A DNA stretch of 64,000 nucleotides, taken from assembly GCA_963771465.1 (NCBI GenBank), contig CAVYTU010000014.1, positions 448,001-512,000 on the forward strand. The letters run 5' to 3'. Both the position numbers and the translations under genes were made by a program. Below are positions 9,321 through 18,599 of the stretch, one piece after another. This DNA comes from an uncultured delta proteobacterium. GTDB lineage: Bacteria; Desulfobacterota; Binatia; UBA9968. Each line of letters starts with the position of its first letter. The stretch's first letter is position 1. The notes beneath the pieces were generated by a model that was not told where the DNA came from, did no database searches, and saw only the letters and a program-made list of their open reading frames with translations.

Positions 9321-10957
9321 GCGGCGATCTTGCCGCGCGCTTCCAACACCTTTTCGACCACCGCTTCGACGTTGGCCTCGTCGGTGAAGGGCGAAAGGAT
9401 GAACGATTTGAGCGCCAGCACGGGCTCGCCATAGCTCGTCTCGCGATAAGAATCGGTCAGCGAAATCACCACGCCGCGACCGGCCATCGCTTCCTTGTGC
9501 ACATAGTCATAAATCTTTCGGTTGTAGTCGTTGTGGTAGAGCAGCGTGGCGCGAAACGCGGCATCGCTCATCTCCTGATCCTTGATGGCAAAGGTATCGA
9601 CCCCGTCAGGATAAGCGCGGAACAAAGTGACCGTGCCGAAGTTATCGCGGTTGAGCACGCACGTCGACGCATGGCCTTCGAGATGTTCACGCAAAAGTTG
9701 CGTCATCTCGACGATGTGACCGATGGTGACACGCAAGCCTTCTTTGCCGAGCAGTTTGAGATTGGCCAGCGCCGCCAGCGCGCCCATACCGCCGCGCGAG
9801 GTTTCGAGCGTAAACATCCCCGGCCGGTGCTCGCCGAACTGATAGAGATACGGCATCTGTTCCTGGCTGCGGCTCAAGAGCGACAGATCGTCGCGTTCTT
9901 TGAATAGAACCAAACTTGAAATATAGGGCGTGAAACCGGTCTTGTGAAAATCGATGCCGATGGAGTCGGCCAGCGGCAGATGGCGAATGCGCTGCGCCGC
10001 GCCCGCCAGCGCGCGCACGGTGCGCGGGCGAAAACCGAGAGGATTGGTCTCAAAATCATAGTCGCTAAATACTTGCCAAGCCCAACCGATCACCGCATCG
10101 GCGTGAACGTGCGGACGATAAGGCAAATTGAATTCCTTGATCAGCTCGTCGCGCAAGTTAACGATCGCCTCGAGATCGTCGAGGCCGAACGCATCGGTGG
10201 TGCCGAGTGTCGCGACGATGGCGGCGATGGGCCAGCCGCTTTGCAGCGCAGTGCGCGCCTGGTCGCGCAGGACGTCGAGCTTCATCGTATTGCGTGCATC
10301 GGTGGGGATCGTGATCAGATTCTTCGCGCCCAGACCGAGCCAGCCGGCGACGTTGTACCGGCAGTAGTGGCTACAGTCGCTGGCAAAAACGATGGCGCCC
10401 GCGCCGACGCCGTTTTGCATCGCGCCGGGCACGGCTTTTTCCAAACCGACTTTGACGCCGTAGAGTGTTGTCCCTGTGCCGCCGAAGGTGAACACGCCGG
10501 AAGCGCGCGCCGGATCGTAACCCATGAGCGACGCCGACATCGCGACCGCCTCGACTTCGGCAAGCGCGACTTTGTGGCTATACTCGTCCCACGCCAGGTT
10601 CGGATTGTAGAGTCCGGTCAACACTGTCGCGATCAAGGATGATATCGACGGCGGCGGCACGACGTTGATCTGCGTGCGCGGATGGCCCCAGATCGTCAGC
10701 CCTTTGAAATAGTCGACCAGATTCGCCGTCACTTCTTCCACTGTCGACGAACCCTCCGGCAGCTTGGTCTGCTGTGCGGCGGCGTAATCCAGCGGTTCGC
10801 GCGGTCCGAGTACCGGCACTTCGCTCTTGAGACTATCGACCAAATCCAAAGCGCGCATAATGCTATGGACGAAGTAAGAATCATGCACCCGGTCCGACAC
10901 CGGCTGCGGAAAGGCCAAGCGAATCTTGTCCAACTTTTCGCGGTATGGCGTCGCCAT
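9317..10957 (-). CDS. Group II PLP-dependent decarboxylase
   Basis: FTFGGT, LGTTDAFGLD, HADA and DFHK (PLP-Lys) motifs. Confidence 0.88.
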   Translation of the reverse strand: MATPYREKLDKIRLAFPQPVSDRVHDSYFVHSIMRALDLVDSLKSEVPVLGPREPLDYAAAQQTKLPEGSSTVEEVTANLVDYFKGLTIWGHPRTQINVVPPPSISSLIATVLTGLYNPNLAWDEYSHKVALAEVEAVAMSASLMGYDPARASGVFTFGGTGTTLYGVKVGLEKAVPGAMQNGVGAGAIVFASDCSHYCRYNVAGWLGLGAKNLITIPTDARNTMKLDVLRDQARTALQSGWPIAAIVATLGTTDAFGLDDLEAIVNLRDELIKEFNLPYRPHVHADAVIGWAWQVFSDYDFETNPLGFRPRTVRALAGAAQRIRHLPLADSIGIDFHKTGFTPYISSLVLFKERDDLSLLSRSQEQMPYLYQFGEHRPGMFTLETSRGGMGALAALANLKLLGKEGLRVTIGHIVEMTQLLREHLEGHASTCVLNRDNFGTVTLFRAYPDGVDTFAIKDQEMSDAAFRATLLYHNDYNRKIYDYVHKEAMAGRGVVISLTDSYRETSYGEPVLALKSFILSPFTDEANVEAVVEKVLEARGKIAA

Positions 10958-10964
10958 GAATCCC

Positions 10965-11825
10965 TCAGCGGCGCTTCTTGCTCACCAGCGCATTGATCTC
11001 CGGCGTCTGCACGCCGTCCTTCAATAGGCTGCACGTGCCTTGCTCCAAAATCTCTTGGGCCAACTTTTTGGTTGCTGTGATCGCCGTTTTCATAAAGCCT
11101 GAACCGTAACTCACCCGCGCCACACCGAGATCTTGCAACTCGCTCACGTTCGGCGACTGTGGTCCGGCGAGAATGCTGATGGGCGCCTTTACTTCCTGGG
11201 CCACCGTGCCGATGATTTCCGCGGAATGGAGACTGAGATAGAAAATGCAGTCGCTGCCCGCTTCGGCGTAGGCGTTGCCGCGGCGAATCGCTTCATCGAG
11301 AGCTTTTTTGGGATCGGCCGTCATAACGTGAAACGAATCGACGCGCGCGTTGAGAAAAAATTCACTGCCGAGCTCGCGCTTGATGTCCATCACGGACTTG
11401 ATCTTGCGGAGCTGCTGAGAAAGCTCGACCAAGCCGCTGCCCCCTTTGGCGATGCTGTCTTCCAGATTCATCCCAGCCACGCCGGCGGCGACGAGCGATC
11501 GGACAGTTTCCTTCACGCCCTCTTCGTCGCCGTAACCTTTTTCGCCGTCGGCATTGACCGGCACCGACACCGCAGCGGCAAAGCTCGCCGTCAATTGAAT
11601 GAACAAATCGCGGCTCATCGCCTCGCCGTCGGGATAACCCAATGCGGCGGCGATGCCGCCGCTGGTGCATTGAATCGCCTGGAAGCCCAACTGCTGAAAC
11701 AGCAGCGCGCTCAAGACATCGTAGGCGCCGGGCATGACGAGTATCTCCGGCGCGCGGACGAGTTCTCTAAGTCGTTGGCTCTTGGCGTTAGCATCTCGCA
11801 GGACATCAGTGGCAATCGGTTCCAT
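10965..11825 (-). CDS. Isocitrate lyase/PEP mutase family protein
   Basis: Start MEPIATD after a GAGGGAG RBS; TSGGIAAALGYPDGE, ADGEKGYG, NLED, NARVD. Confidence 0.88.
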   Translation of the reverse strand: MEPIATDVLRDANAKSQRLRELVRAPEILVMPGAYDVLSALLFQQLGFQAIQCTSGGIAAALGYPDGEAMSRDLFIQLTASFAAAVSVPVNADGEKGYGDEEGVKETVRSLVAAGVAGMNLEDSIAKGGSGLVELSQQLRKIKSVMDIKRELGSEFFLNARVDSFHVMTADPKKALDEAIRRGNAYAEAGSDCIFYLSLHSAEIIGTVAQEVKAPISILAGPQSPNVSELQDLGVARVSYGSGFMKTAITATKKLAQEILEQGTCSLLKDGVQTPEINALVSKKRR

Positions 11826-11859
11826 CGCAGCTCCCTCGTGACTTTTCAGAATAGGTAAA

Positions 11860-11992
11860 CGGAATGTACCGTAAAGGGGGAACTGAGGGAAAGACCCTTG
11901 CGGTGGGGCTAGATAACCATTCTCGGTGAGGCGAAACGGTGCACAGCCGCACAAAGAAGAGCGTTAAAACAAAATATTAGTCGGCCGAACTA
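11860..11992 (+). ncRNA. Putative orphan IS110-type (bridge-RNA-like) structured non-coding segment, no transposase
   Basis: Hairpin CGG..TGTACCGT/ACGGTGCA..CCG enclosing AAAGGGGG, CGGTGGGGCTAGA, GAGGCGAA, then AAGAAGAGCG..GTCGGCCGAAC; resembles IS110 upstream regions from memory. Confidence 0.45.
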
Positions 11993-13606
11993 AATCGTCA
12001 AACCGGCGCTCTGCAACGCTTGCCACGTCAAGGCGATGCCGGCGAGCAAAATAAAAGCCGACGACGTGATCGGCAGCCAGCGGGTCGTCCACTGTCCCTC
12101 GGTCTGGAAGCGTGTCATGAATTGGCGCGCATAAACCATCAGCATGCCGATGGCGATGAGCACGGCGGCCAGGCCGATGCTGAAGGCGACGATCAAGAGC
12201 AAGCCGAAACCGACCCGCTGCATCGCCACCGCGCTCAACAGCACAACCAAAGCCGCCGGACAGGGAACGATGCCGCCGCTGATGCCCAGCGCAAGTAGCT
12301 GTTTGAGCGAGACCGCTTGATTCACTTCGTGATCGTGTTGCTCGTGGCTGTCGTGGTGATGATGATGCGCATGTTCGTGATGATGGTCGTGGCCATTTGC
12401 GCCATGATCGTGAGCGCCATGATGGTAATGATTTTGTCCGAACAACTCGTCTCTGCTCCGATAGCGGCGCACTAACAGGATCAGTCCGAGCAACGCTATC
12501 GTGACGCCGGAGATCGCGCCCAACCACGGATAGAGCCGTTCCGGGACGATATACTTCGACGCATAAAGAGTAATCGCGCCAAGCAAGTAGACTCCCGCGG
12601 TGTGCGACGCGGTGACAATCACTCCGAGCAGAAACGCATGTTTAAACGTTCCGCGCGAGCCGACCAGATAGGCAGCCACCAAAGTCTTTCCATGGCCAGG
12701 CTCCAAAGCATGAAAAGCGCCAAGCCCAACAGCAATCGCTAGCGCCGCGAGAATAACTCCCAACCCCAGATCTTTTCTCGCCATAATTTCCGTGAACGAA
12801 CTGCGTGGCGTTGCTTGGCTGTTTGATTTCAACTCCACGGTTCTGCGGGTTGTCAAATCTCGCCCAAGCGCAGGCGCGACTGTCGGTCGAACTTGCGAAA
12901 TTTCAGTGATTACCCGTTTCACCACAGGCTTCGCTGTTTTGACTCGTTCGAGGGGTTTTCCTGCGCTGAAATTGTCCACGCGTCCCGCCAGCGGCACTAC
13001 TACAAAACTCATCTGCGCTGCCAGTTGCTGCGGCGGGCTATTCAGCAAGTCGGTTGGATAGTCGCTCAGGCGCGCGCTTCGGTCGGTCTCAGGGACAGAG
13101 CTGCTGAGTAGCTTCACGCCGGGCGCCGCCACAGCGATCATTTCTTTCCAGCCGGCGCGGCCAGGGAAATTGCCGTCACGATAGCTGAGCGAATAATCAC
13201 CGCCGTTGTCGCCAGCTAGTTTCCCTCTGTAAATCACACCGATCTTCAGCGTCGGCAAGCCGCCGGCACCTTCGGGAAAGATAATTTCGTGGGACTCGAG
13301 CTGCAACGTGACCCGCCGGCCGTTGATCTCAAGCAATAACCCGCCGCTCAAACTTTCCGCTTTGCGCCTCGCGTAGGCTGTCGCACTCTCGTCGTCGGCC
13401 TTCGGCACTAAACCGGTTTCTTGCATCTCTTGAAAAGTCGGGATCTCAGCCATGTCGACGATGTAGCGGAGCTCGATTTCCTGCGCGCCGATTTGAATGG
13501 CGGAATATTGGCTGATGCTAAAATTGCCGAGCGGATGGGCCGCAATCTTGCTCGTGAAGCCGAGAATAAGAGCGGCGATGAAGGTGATAATCAATCGTGA
13601 GCGCAT
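11990..13606 (-). CDS. Nickel/cobalt transporter (RcnA/HoxN-like) with exported N-terminal domain
   Basis: Signal peptide then HPLGNFS; HALEPGHGKT, His-rich loop, GGIVPCP. Confidence 0.88.
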   Translation of the reverse strand: MRSRLIITFIAALILGFTSKIAAHPLGNFSISQYSAIQIGAQEIELRYIVDMAEIPTFQEMQETGLVPKADDESATAYARRKAESLSGGLLLEINGRRVTLQLESHEIIFPEGAGGLPTLKIGVIYRGKLAGDNGGDYSLSYRDGNFPGRAGWKEMIAVAAPGVKLLSSSVPETDRSARLSDYPTDLLNSPPQQLAAQMSFVVVPLAGRVDNFSAGKPLERVKTAKPVVKRVITEISQVRPTVAPALGRDLTTRRTVELKSNSQATPRSSFTEIMARKDLGLGVILAALAIAVGLGAFHALEPGHGKTLVAAYLVGSRGTFKHAFLLGVIVTASHTAGVYLLGAITLYASKYIVPERLYPWLGAISGVTIALLGLILLVRRYRSRDELFGQNHYHHGAHDHGANGHDHHHEHAHHHHHDSHEQHDHEVNQAVSLKQLLALGISGGIVPCPAALVVLLSAVAMQRVGFGLLLIVAFSIGLAAVLIAIGMLMVYARQFMTRFQTEGQWTTRWLPITSSAFILLAGIALTWQALQSAGLTI

Positions 13607-13613
13607 AATCCTA

Positions 13614-14919
13614 TCACCCTTCTTGCGGTGGAATCGCAGCCACATCGGCTTCAGCTGCTTCTATTTCTTTGACAGTCTTGGCAGCGTGGTCGGCGAAGAG
13701 AATATGAAAGTGCGGGTTAGCTGTGAGCGCGCGCTTGAAAAATTCTTTGGCCTTCGCCAGACTCACCGATCCCGTGGTAGATCATCCCGGCATGGTAATA
13801 CAATTTAGCGTCTTGGGTTCCCAGCCGAAGCGCTTTTTCCATGGCGCGGCTAGCTTCATCATGCTTGCCGTTGCGATAGAGATTCCACGCTAGCACGTCG
13901 TAGGCGTAAATATCGCGCCGGTAATCTAACTCGCGCTGAGCTAACTCCAAACCTTCTTTCGCCTTGATGTTGTGGTCTGCGTAGAAATACGCGAGCTCGC
14001 GATTGTAGAGAGCTTGGTTGAGCCCGTTCAACTTACCGATGTATTCGACAAAATCGTACTGTTGTCGCGCTTGCTCCGGTTTACCGACCCTCTCGAAGAC
14101 TTCACCGAGCGCTGCGGCGTGCTCGGGCATCGGCAAGATCGCAATCGCTTTCTGATAAAACACAATCGCTTCGTCGAAATTTTTCTGCGCCGCGCGTAAT
14201 TGCGCCATCCCGGCCAGCGCACGGTAATAGTTCGGATAACTTTCCAGCGATCGGCGGAAGCTCGATTCCGCCGCCGGTAAGTTTCCATGCGCGAAATATT
14301 CCGCGCCCAGCTGCCATTCCGTCCACGCGATGCTTTCCGCCGGTACTTTCATCGCTTTGCCAATCGCAATTGCACGCTCCAAATCGGCGATGGCACCGTC
14401 AACGTCGCCGCGCGCACTCTTCAAGCCGGCGAGCCTGCCGTAGGAATACAAACTCTCGTCCAGCTCCATCATGTACGCGTACGCCGCCTGAGCCTCTGCA
14501 TACCGGCCCACCTCGAGCAGCGCGTCGCCGAGCACGCCGTAAGAGTCGCTGTCCTCAGCATTGATCTCTATCGCTTTGCGCGCCTGCACGGCCGCCGGTG
14601 CGAACTCATGGCGCGAGTAGAAGACGTAGGCGAGATGGCGCAGCGCGCCGCCATTCTGCGGCGCGATTTCCAGCGACTTCCTAAGCGCTTCCTCGGCGCG
14701 GTTAAAGTAACTTGGATCACCGCTCTCGCGCGCCTTGCGGATCAGCGCGTCGCCGAGTCCGAAATAAGCTTTGGCGCTTTGCGGATTGCGTCTGAGCAGT
14801 TGCTGGTAGTAACCGATCTGGTTGTCGGTGGCGCTGAGCTGCGCAAGGAGATTTGCTGCCGAGAACAGTACTGCGGCAATTATCAGGAGCAGAAGTTTGG
14901 CGGCTTTGAATGTTTTCAT
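13614..14919 (-). CDS. Exported TPR protein (frameshift near 13755)
   Basis: Signal peptide, many TPRs; alternative frame continues AKEFFKRALTANPHF... to TGA at 13614. Confidence 0.82.
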
Positions 14920-14982
14920 GGCGCATCCTCGCACAGCAATAACGCCGGAGGGTGATAGCTCTCCCTCCGGCGCGGGTTGGGT

Positions 14983-16575
14983 TTACTGCTCCACGCAAGG
15001 AGCGCCGGTGTTCTGCACGCAGTCGATATGTCTGCGTCCACGCCCGTCATATGGCGTCGGCAGGTAGGGAAACTCTTTGGCGATGCCGTTTTGGGTCACG
15101 TCGAGACGGTTGTCCGGAATCGCACCGTAGCCGGGGCCATCGTTGGTGCCCGCGCCCGGCGCGCCGCCGAGAAAGTTCACACCGTCACCGACGAGACCGG
15201 CGATGTAGTTGGCGCCGCCAACCACACGCAGGGCGATATCGGTCACGTCGTCGTTAGGACGCCGGCCGTTAGGAAAACCCGCCGGGTCGCCGGCGAGAAA
15301 GCTCAGCCGTTTTTGCTGCTCGGGCTGTGTCGGTGCCGTTTTGACGTTCAAGCGCAGCAGCTCGGAGCAAGGGTTACCGCAGTTGTTGCCGTTGAGCGCT
15401 TGCCCTGGATATTTGAGGAACACGCTCATCAAATCGGTCCTCGGTGTCGGCGTCACCGGCACACCAAAGATCAGTTGTAGCGCCAGCGCGATGGACGGAT
15501 TTTTGTAGAACTCTTGGAACTGCGCTTCGTCTTCCGGTTCTTGCGCGTTCCACAAATCCTTCGACGAGGTGTCGATAATCAGCTCATTAACAAGCGGATT
15601 GGCCATGCGCGATACCTGCATCCACGGGCCCGACAATTTTGCAGTTCCATCGCCTACTAGGTGTTTGATTTTTTGTCTGGCAGTCGAACCATACATACCA
15701 ATTAGTGGGGTGTTGGTTTGCTCCGCCGATTTGCCGTCTTTGGTGATCCGGCTGATCGGCACCTCGATGGCGATGGTGTTCACGTTGGTGCCGCTGAAAC
15801 GATTGACGCCGAATGGATCCTTGGTGTCGTCAGCGTCTTCCGCTGCGGTCAGTAATGGCAGCGGCTTGCGGCGCAGGTTCGCGGTGTCGAACACCGCGCC
15901 GAGATCGATGTAGAAAGTCTCGGCCCGCTGGCCGGCGAAAACTTTGATGCCGGTCGATGGATCGGTGTACATACCCTGGGACGCGAGATCTTCGTATCTC
16001 GGCATCGTCGCCGGCCCGACGTTGGATGGCACGGCGATCAGCTTCTGACCTTTGAATAGTTCTGTCCGTTTGTTGCCGCGCACTTCGGTGACCGTGTAAG
16101 TCTGGCGGCGTGTCAAACCTTCCGAGCCCGCACCGTCGAGCCTGGTGATGCCCTGAACGGCGGCAACGGGAATATTTGGATTTCCAACATAAGCCAGGGG
16201 AAATTCCAGCTGACCCAAGATCGGCCGGTTCTCGGTCTTGAAGCGAAATTCGTAAACAATGTCTTCGGCCTTGCCGTCTTGATTGATATCGAGATTGACA
16301 GCGTAGAGAACTTCATCATCGAAATTGAAATAGTTCGGCCCGTCGGCGGGATCCTGACCAGGCAGTACGTTGACAATGAACACGCCCTTGCTCGGATCCT
16401 GCCAGCTGCGAAATGCATATGTGTCCGTGGTGTCCGCCGCCGGATCGAGGGCGATCAGCGGCGCCTCTCGATGACTCGCCGCGCGGGCGAGCGGCGTCAT
16501 CGTCGTCAGCGCCATCAGTCCGCTCAACGACATCGCCGTCGCTCGGCAGAATAAACTCTTTTTAAATGATTTCAT
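14983..16575 (-). CDS. DUF4331 domain exported protein
   Basis: Signal peptide, ASHREAP, D.TD.YAF, QVSRMANPLVNE, GFPNGRRP.DDV.DI, FPYL. Confidence 0.9.
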   Translation of the reverse strand: MKSFKKSLFCRATAMSLSGLMALTTMTPLARAASHREAPLIALDPAADTTDTYAFRSWQDPSKGVFIVNVLPGQDPADGPNYFNFDDEVLYAVNLDINQDGKAEDIVYEFRFKTENRPILGQLEFPLAYVGNPNIPVAAVQGITRLDGAGSEGLTRRQTYTVTEVRGNKRTELFKGQKLIAVPSNVGPATMPRYEDLASQGMYTDPSTGIKVFAGQRAETFYIDLGAVFDTANLRRKPLPLLTAAEDADDTKDPFGVNRFSGTNVNTIAIEVPISRITKDGKSAEQTNTPLIGMYGSTARQKIKHLVGDGTAKLSGPWMQVSRMANPLVNELIIDTSSKDLWNAQEPEDEAQFQEFYKNPSIALALQLIFGVPVTPTPRTDLMSVFLKYPGQALNGNNCGNPCSELLRLNVKTAPTQPEQQKRLSFLAGDPAGFPNGRRPNDDVTDIALRVVGGANYIAGLVGDGVNFLGGAPGAGTNDGPGYGAIPDNRLDVTQNGIAKEFPYLPTPYDGRGRRHIDCVQNTGAPCVEQ

Positions 16576-16669
16576 TTTCCTAACTCCTTCTTGGTTTAAG
16601 GTTGATTGGATAAGAACTTGCGACTGTCGCTGTCAAACTCTACGAAAGATCGATGCCTTTCGGATTGTT

Positions 16670-17095
16670 CTAGGCGGCTTGGCGAAAAATATTTTTGCTG
16701 GATTGCCTGCATGAAGACTTCGCTTGCGCTAGTTGCTGTTCCCGCCAAGCAAGCAGACCCTTGCGCAGGTAGTTGGGCTCGATCCCGAGCACGCTGCAGC
16801 AGTTGTCGAAAGAAAACACCCAATCGCTGTCGTCGCTCAATATCCACGACTCGGCATTGGCGAAACGCCGCGCACCTTTTTTGTCGCGGGCAAAGATCAA
16901 ACGCTGGAAGTCGGCCACGGCTTCTTTCAGCACCGAAACCATCAACTGCTGTTCGGGTCCGAACATGCGCTTGCCGTAGACCCGCGCATACTCGGCGCTG
17001 ACAAGAATATCCGGCTCGATCGTGCCGACGAAGATTTCGTTGTTGGCGCGGTGGTCAGCTGTCGGTTTGGCAATTGCAATCTTTTTCGTCTTCAT
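16670..17095 (-). CDS. Uncharacterised family protein (paralogue of 60086-60463)
   Basis: EPDIL...EQQLMVSVLKEAV...W..SDDSDWVFSFDNCCSVLGIEPNYLR; GAGG RBS. Confidence 0.75.
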   Translation of the reverse strand: MKTKKIAIAKPTADHRANNEIFVGTIEPDILVSAEYARVYGKRMFGPEQQLMVSVLKEAVADFQRLIFARDKKGARRFANAESWILSDDSDWVFSFDNCCSVLGIEPNYLRKGLLAWREQQLAQAKSSCRQSSKNIFRQAA

Positions 17096-17109
17096 GTTTC
17101 ATCCTCGGC

Positions 17110-17140
17110 AAAAAGCTAGGGCCGGTCGTTCCGGCCCTAG
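17110..17140 (-). terminator. Intrinsic terminator-like hairpin in the operon leader
   Basis: Perfect 10-bp stem CTAGGGCCGG/CCGGCCCTAG followed by CTTTTT on the minus strand. Confidence 0.6.
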
Positions 17141-17268
17141 TGCTGATGGTTTGTCAAGTTTTTTCGCTTAGCGTTGCGCGTAGCGATCCGGGAACTGTTT
17201 GATTCGGTTTCATTGGCCCTGCTCCCTTGTCAGTGTTTGGCCGATTTTTTCGTCCATCTGTGATGCTC

Positions 17269-17295
17269 TACGGCTGGCGTGGAGAATTTGGTTTG
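17269..17295 (-). promoter_or_regulatory. Putative ECF sigma promoter for the DUF4331 operon
   Basis: CAAACC-N17-CGTA on the minus strand. Confidence 0.6.
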
Positions 17296-17337
17296 GTCAA
17301 AGGCAAAAAATTTTCCGTTGAAAAAATTTTTTGGGGT

Positions 17338-17364
17338 AAATCCGCGGGCCGAGGTTCAATCGTA
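17338..17364 (+). promoter_or_regulatory. Putative autoregulatory ECF sigma promoter
   Basis: AAATCC-N17-CGTA upstream of the anti-sigma/sigma operon. Confidence 0.6.
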
Positions 17365-17436
17365 GATAGTACGAGCGGTGTTTGCGCCGCTTCCTGGCGC
17401 GGTCTAGAATGGCTCGCCTGGGGTTGGAAAGAAGCC

Positions 17437-17991
17437 GTGAGCCACGAAGAATTGCTAGATTTGGCCGAGATTTACGCCTTGGGCGCGCTGGATGGCGACG
17501 AGCTTGCCGAGTTCCAGGCCCACCTGTCCGCCGGCTGCGCCGAGTGCCAAAGGCGCGTGAATGAAATACGCGAGGCGTTCACATCGGTGCCGAGTACCAT
17601 TGAACAGTTAACCCCGCCCGATCGCGTTAAAAGTCGCGTTTTCGAACAGATCGACGCCGACAAGCCTGGCTATTCATTCATATTGGCCAAAGACGGTGCG
17701 TGGAAAGAAATAGCGCAGGGCATCAGCGCAAAGGTGCTCAACATGGATCCTGACCGCCAACGCGTGACCGCGTTGGTGCGCATGGCGCCTGGTTCGCGCT
17801 ATGACAACCATCGTCACACGCGCACCGAAGAGCTCGTCGTCATCGAAGGGAGCTGCTACTGCGGCGGCAAACTCTTACAGAAAGGCGATTATCACCGCGC
17901 CGAAGCCGGCAGTATCCACCTCGATACCTATAGCGACGACGGATCGCTGATGTTGATGATCACGTCAGTGCAAAACGAGAGGCTCTTCTGA
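17437..17991 (+). CDS. Anti-sigma factor, zinc-binding domain plus ChrR-like cupin
   Basis: GTG start; YALGALD..E..F..HLSAGCAEC, then cupin HRH...EELVVIEG...GDYHRA...H. Confidence 0.82.
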   Translation: MSHEELLDLAEIYALGALDGDELAEFQAHLSAGCAECQRRVNEIREAFTSVPSTIEQLTPPDRVKSRVFEQIDADKPGYSFILAKDGAWKEIAQGISAKVLNMDPDRQRVTALVRMAPGSRYDNHRHTRTEELVVIEGSCYCGGKLLQKGDYHRAEAGSIHLDTYSDDGSLMLMITSVQNERLF

Positions 17992-18002
17992 AGGACCGCG
18001 CG

Positions 18003-18599
18003 ATGGCTGCCGATTCCAACTTCGCCGTTCATCTGATCCAGCGCGCCGCGGCGCAGGACCGTGAGGCCTTCAGCCAACTCTACGATCGCTTCTCCTCTTT
18101 GGTTTTCACCCTGGCGATGCGCATGCTACGCGTCGAGTCCGACGCCGAAGACTTGCTCCAGGAAGTCTTCATACAAGTTTGGCGCCAAGCCGCAAACTAT
18201 AGCCAGGAGCGCGGCCGTCCGGAAGCTTGGATAATAAATATTGCGCGCAGCCGGGCAATCGATAAGCTCCGCGCCATACGTAGAAGAGACAAGAGTTTTG
18301 TTTTGACCGATGATCCGGCCGCTGCGGAATCTCCCGATAACGTCGAGTCGGCGGTCGGAGAGAGTGAGGCGAAGCTGGCGATGAATGGCGCTCTGGCGAA
18401 TTTGCCGGAAGCGCAGCGCCGGGTCTTGGAGCTCGCCTATTTTAGCGGGCTCAGCCAAACCGAGATCGCCGAGCACTTGGCGGAACCGCTCGGCACGGTG
18501 AAAACGAGAATGCGCGCGGGAATTCAACGTCTAAGAGTGTGCTTGGAAATCAGGCGGCTTGATGGCAAGGGAACACGAACATTGGACAGAGCAGGGTGA
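18003..18599 (+). CDS. ECF RNA polymerase sigma factor (SigK-like)
   Basis: DAEDLLQEVF, W...IARSRAID, LAYFSGLSQTEIA..LGTVKTRMR; probable true stop TGA 18560-18562 after a 1-nt indel. Confidence 0.9.
   Translation: MAADSNFAVHLIQRAAAQDREAFSQLYDRFSSLVFTLAMRMLRVESDAEDLLQEVFIQVWRQAANYSQERGRPEAWIINIARSRAIDKLRAIRRRDKSFVLTDDPAAAESPDNVESAVGESEAKLAMNGALANLPEAQRRVLELAYFSGLSQTEIAEHLAEPLGTVKTRMRAGIQRLRVCLEIRRLDGKGTRTLDRAG

Noticed and set aside
11880-11945. Hammerhead or HDV-like ribozyme (CTGAG...GCGAAAC, GGCGAA)
   Set aside because: The core reads CTGAGGG rather than CUGANGA, and no pyrimidine-rich L3 or P1/P3 pseudoknot can be drawn
11826-11960. SAM or other known riboswitch for the PEP-mutase-like gene
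   Set aside because: No recognisable aptamer motifs on the minus strand; G-U pairs favour the + strand fold
12300-12430. Low-complexity GAT/GTG repeats
   Set aside because: They encode the His-rich loop of the Ni/Co transporter
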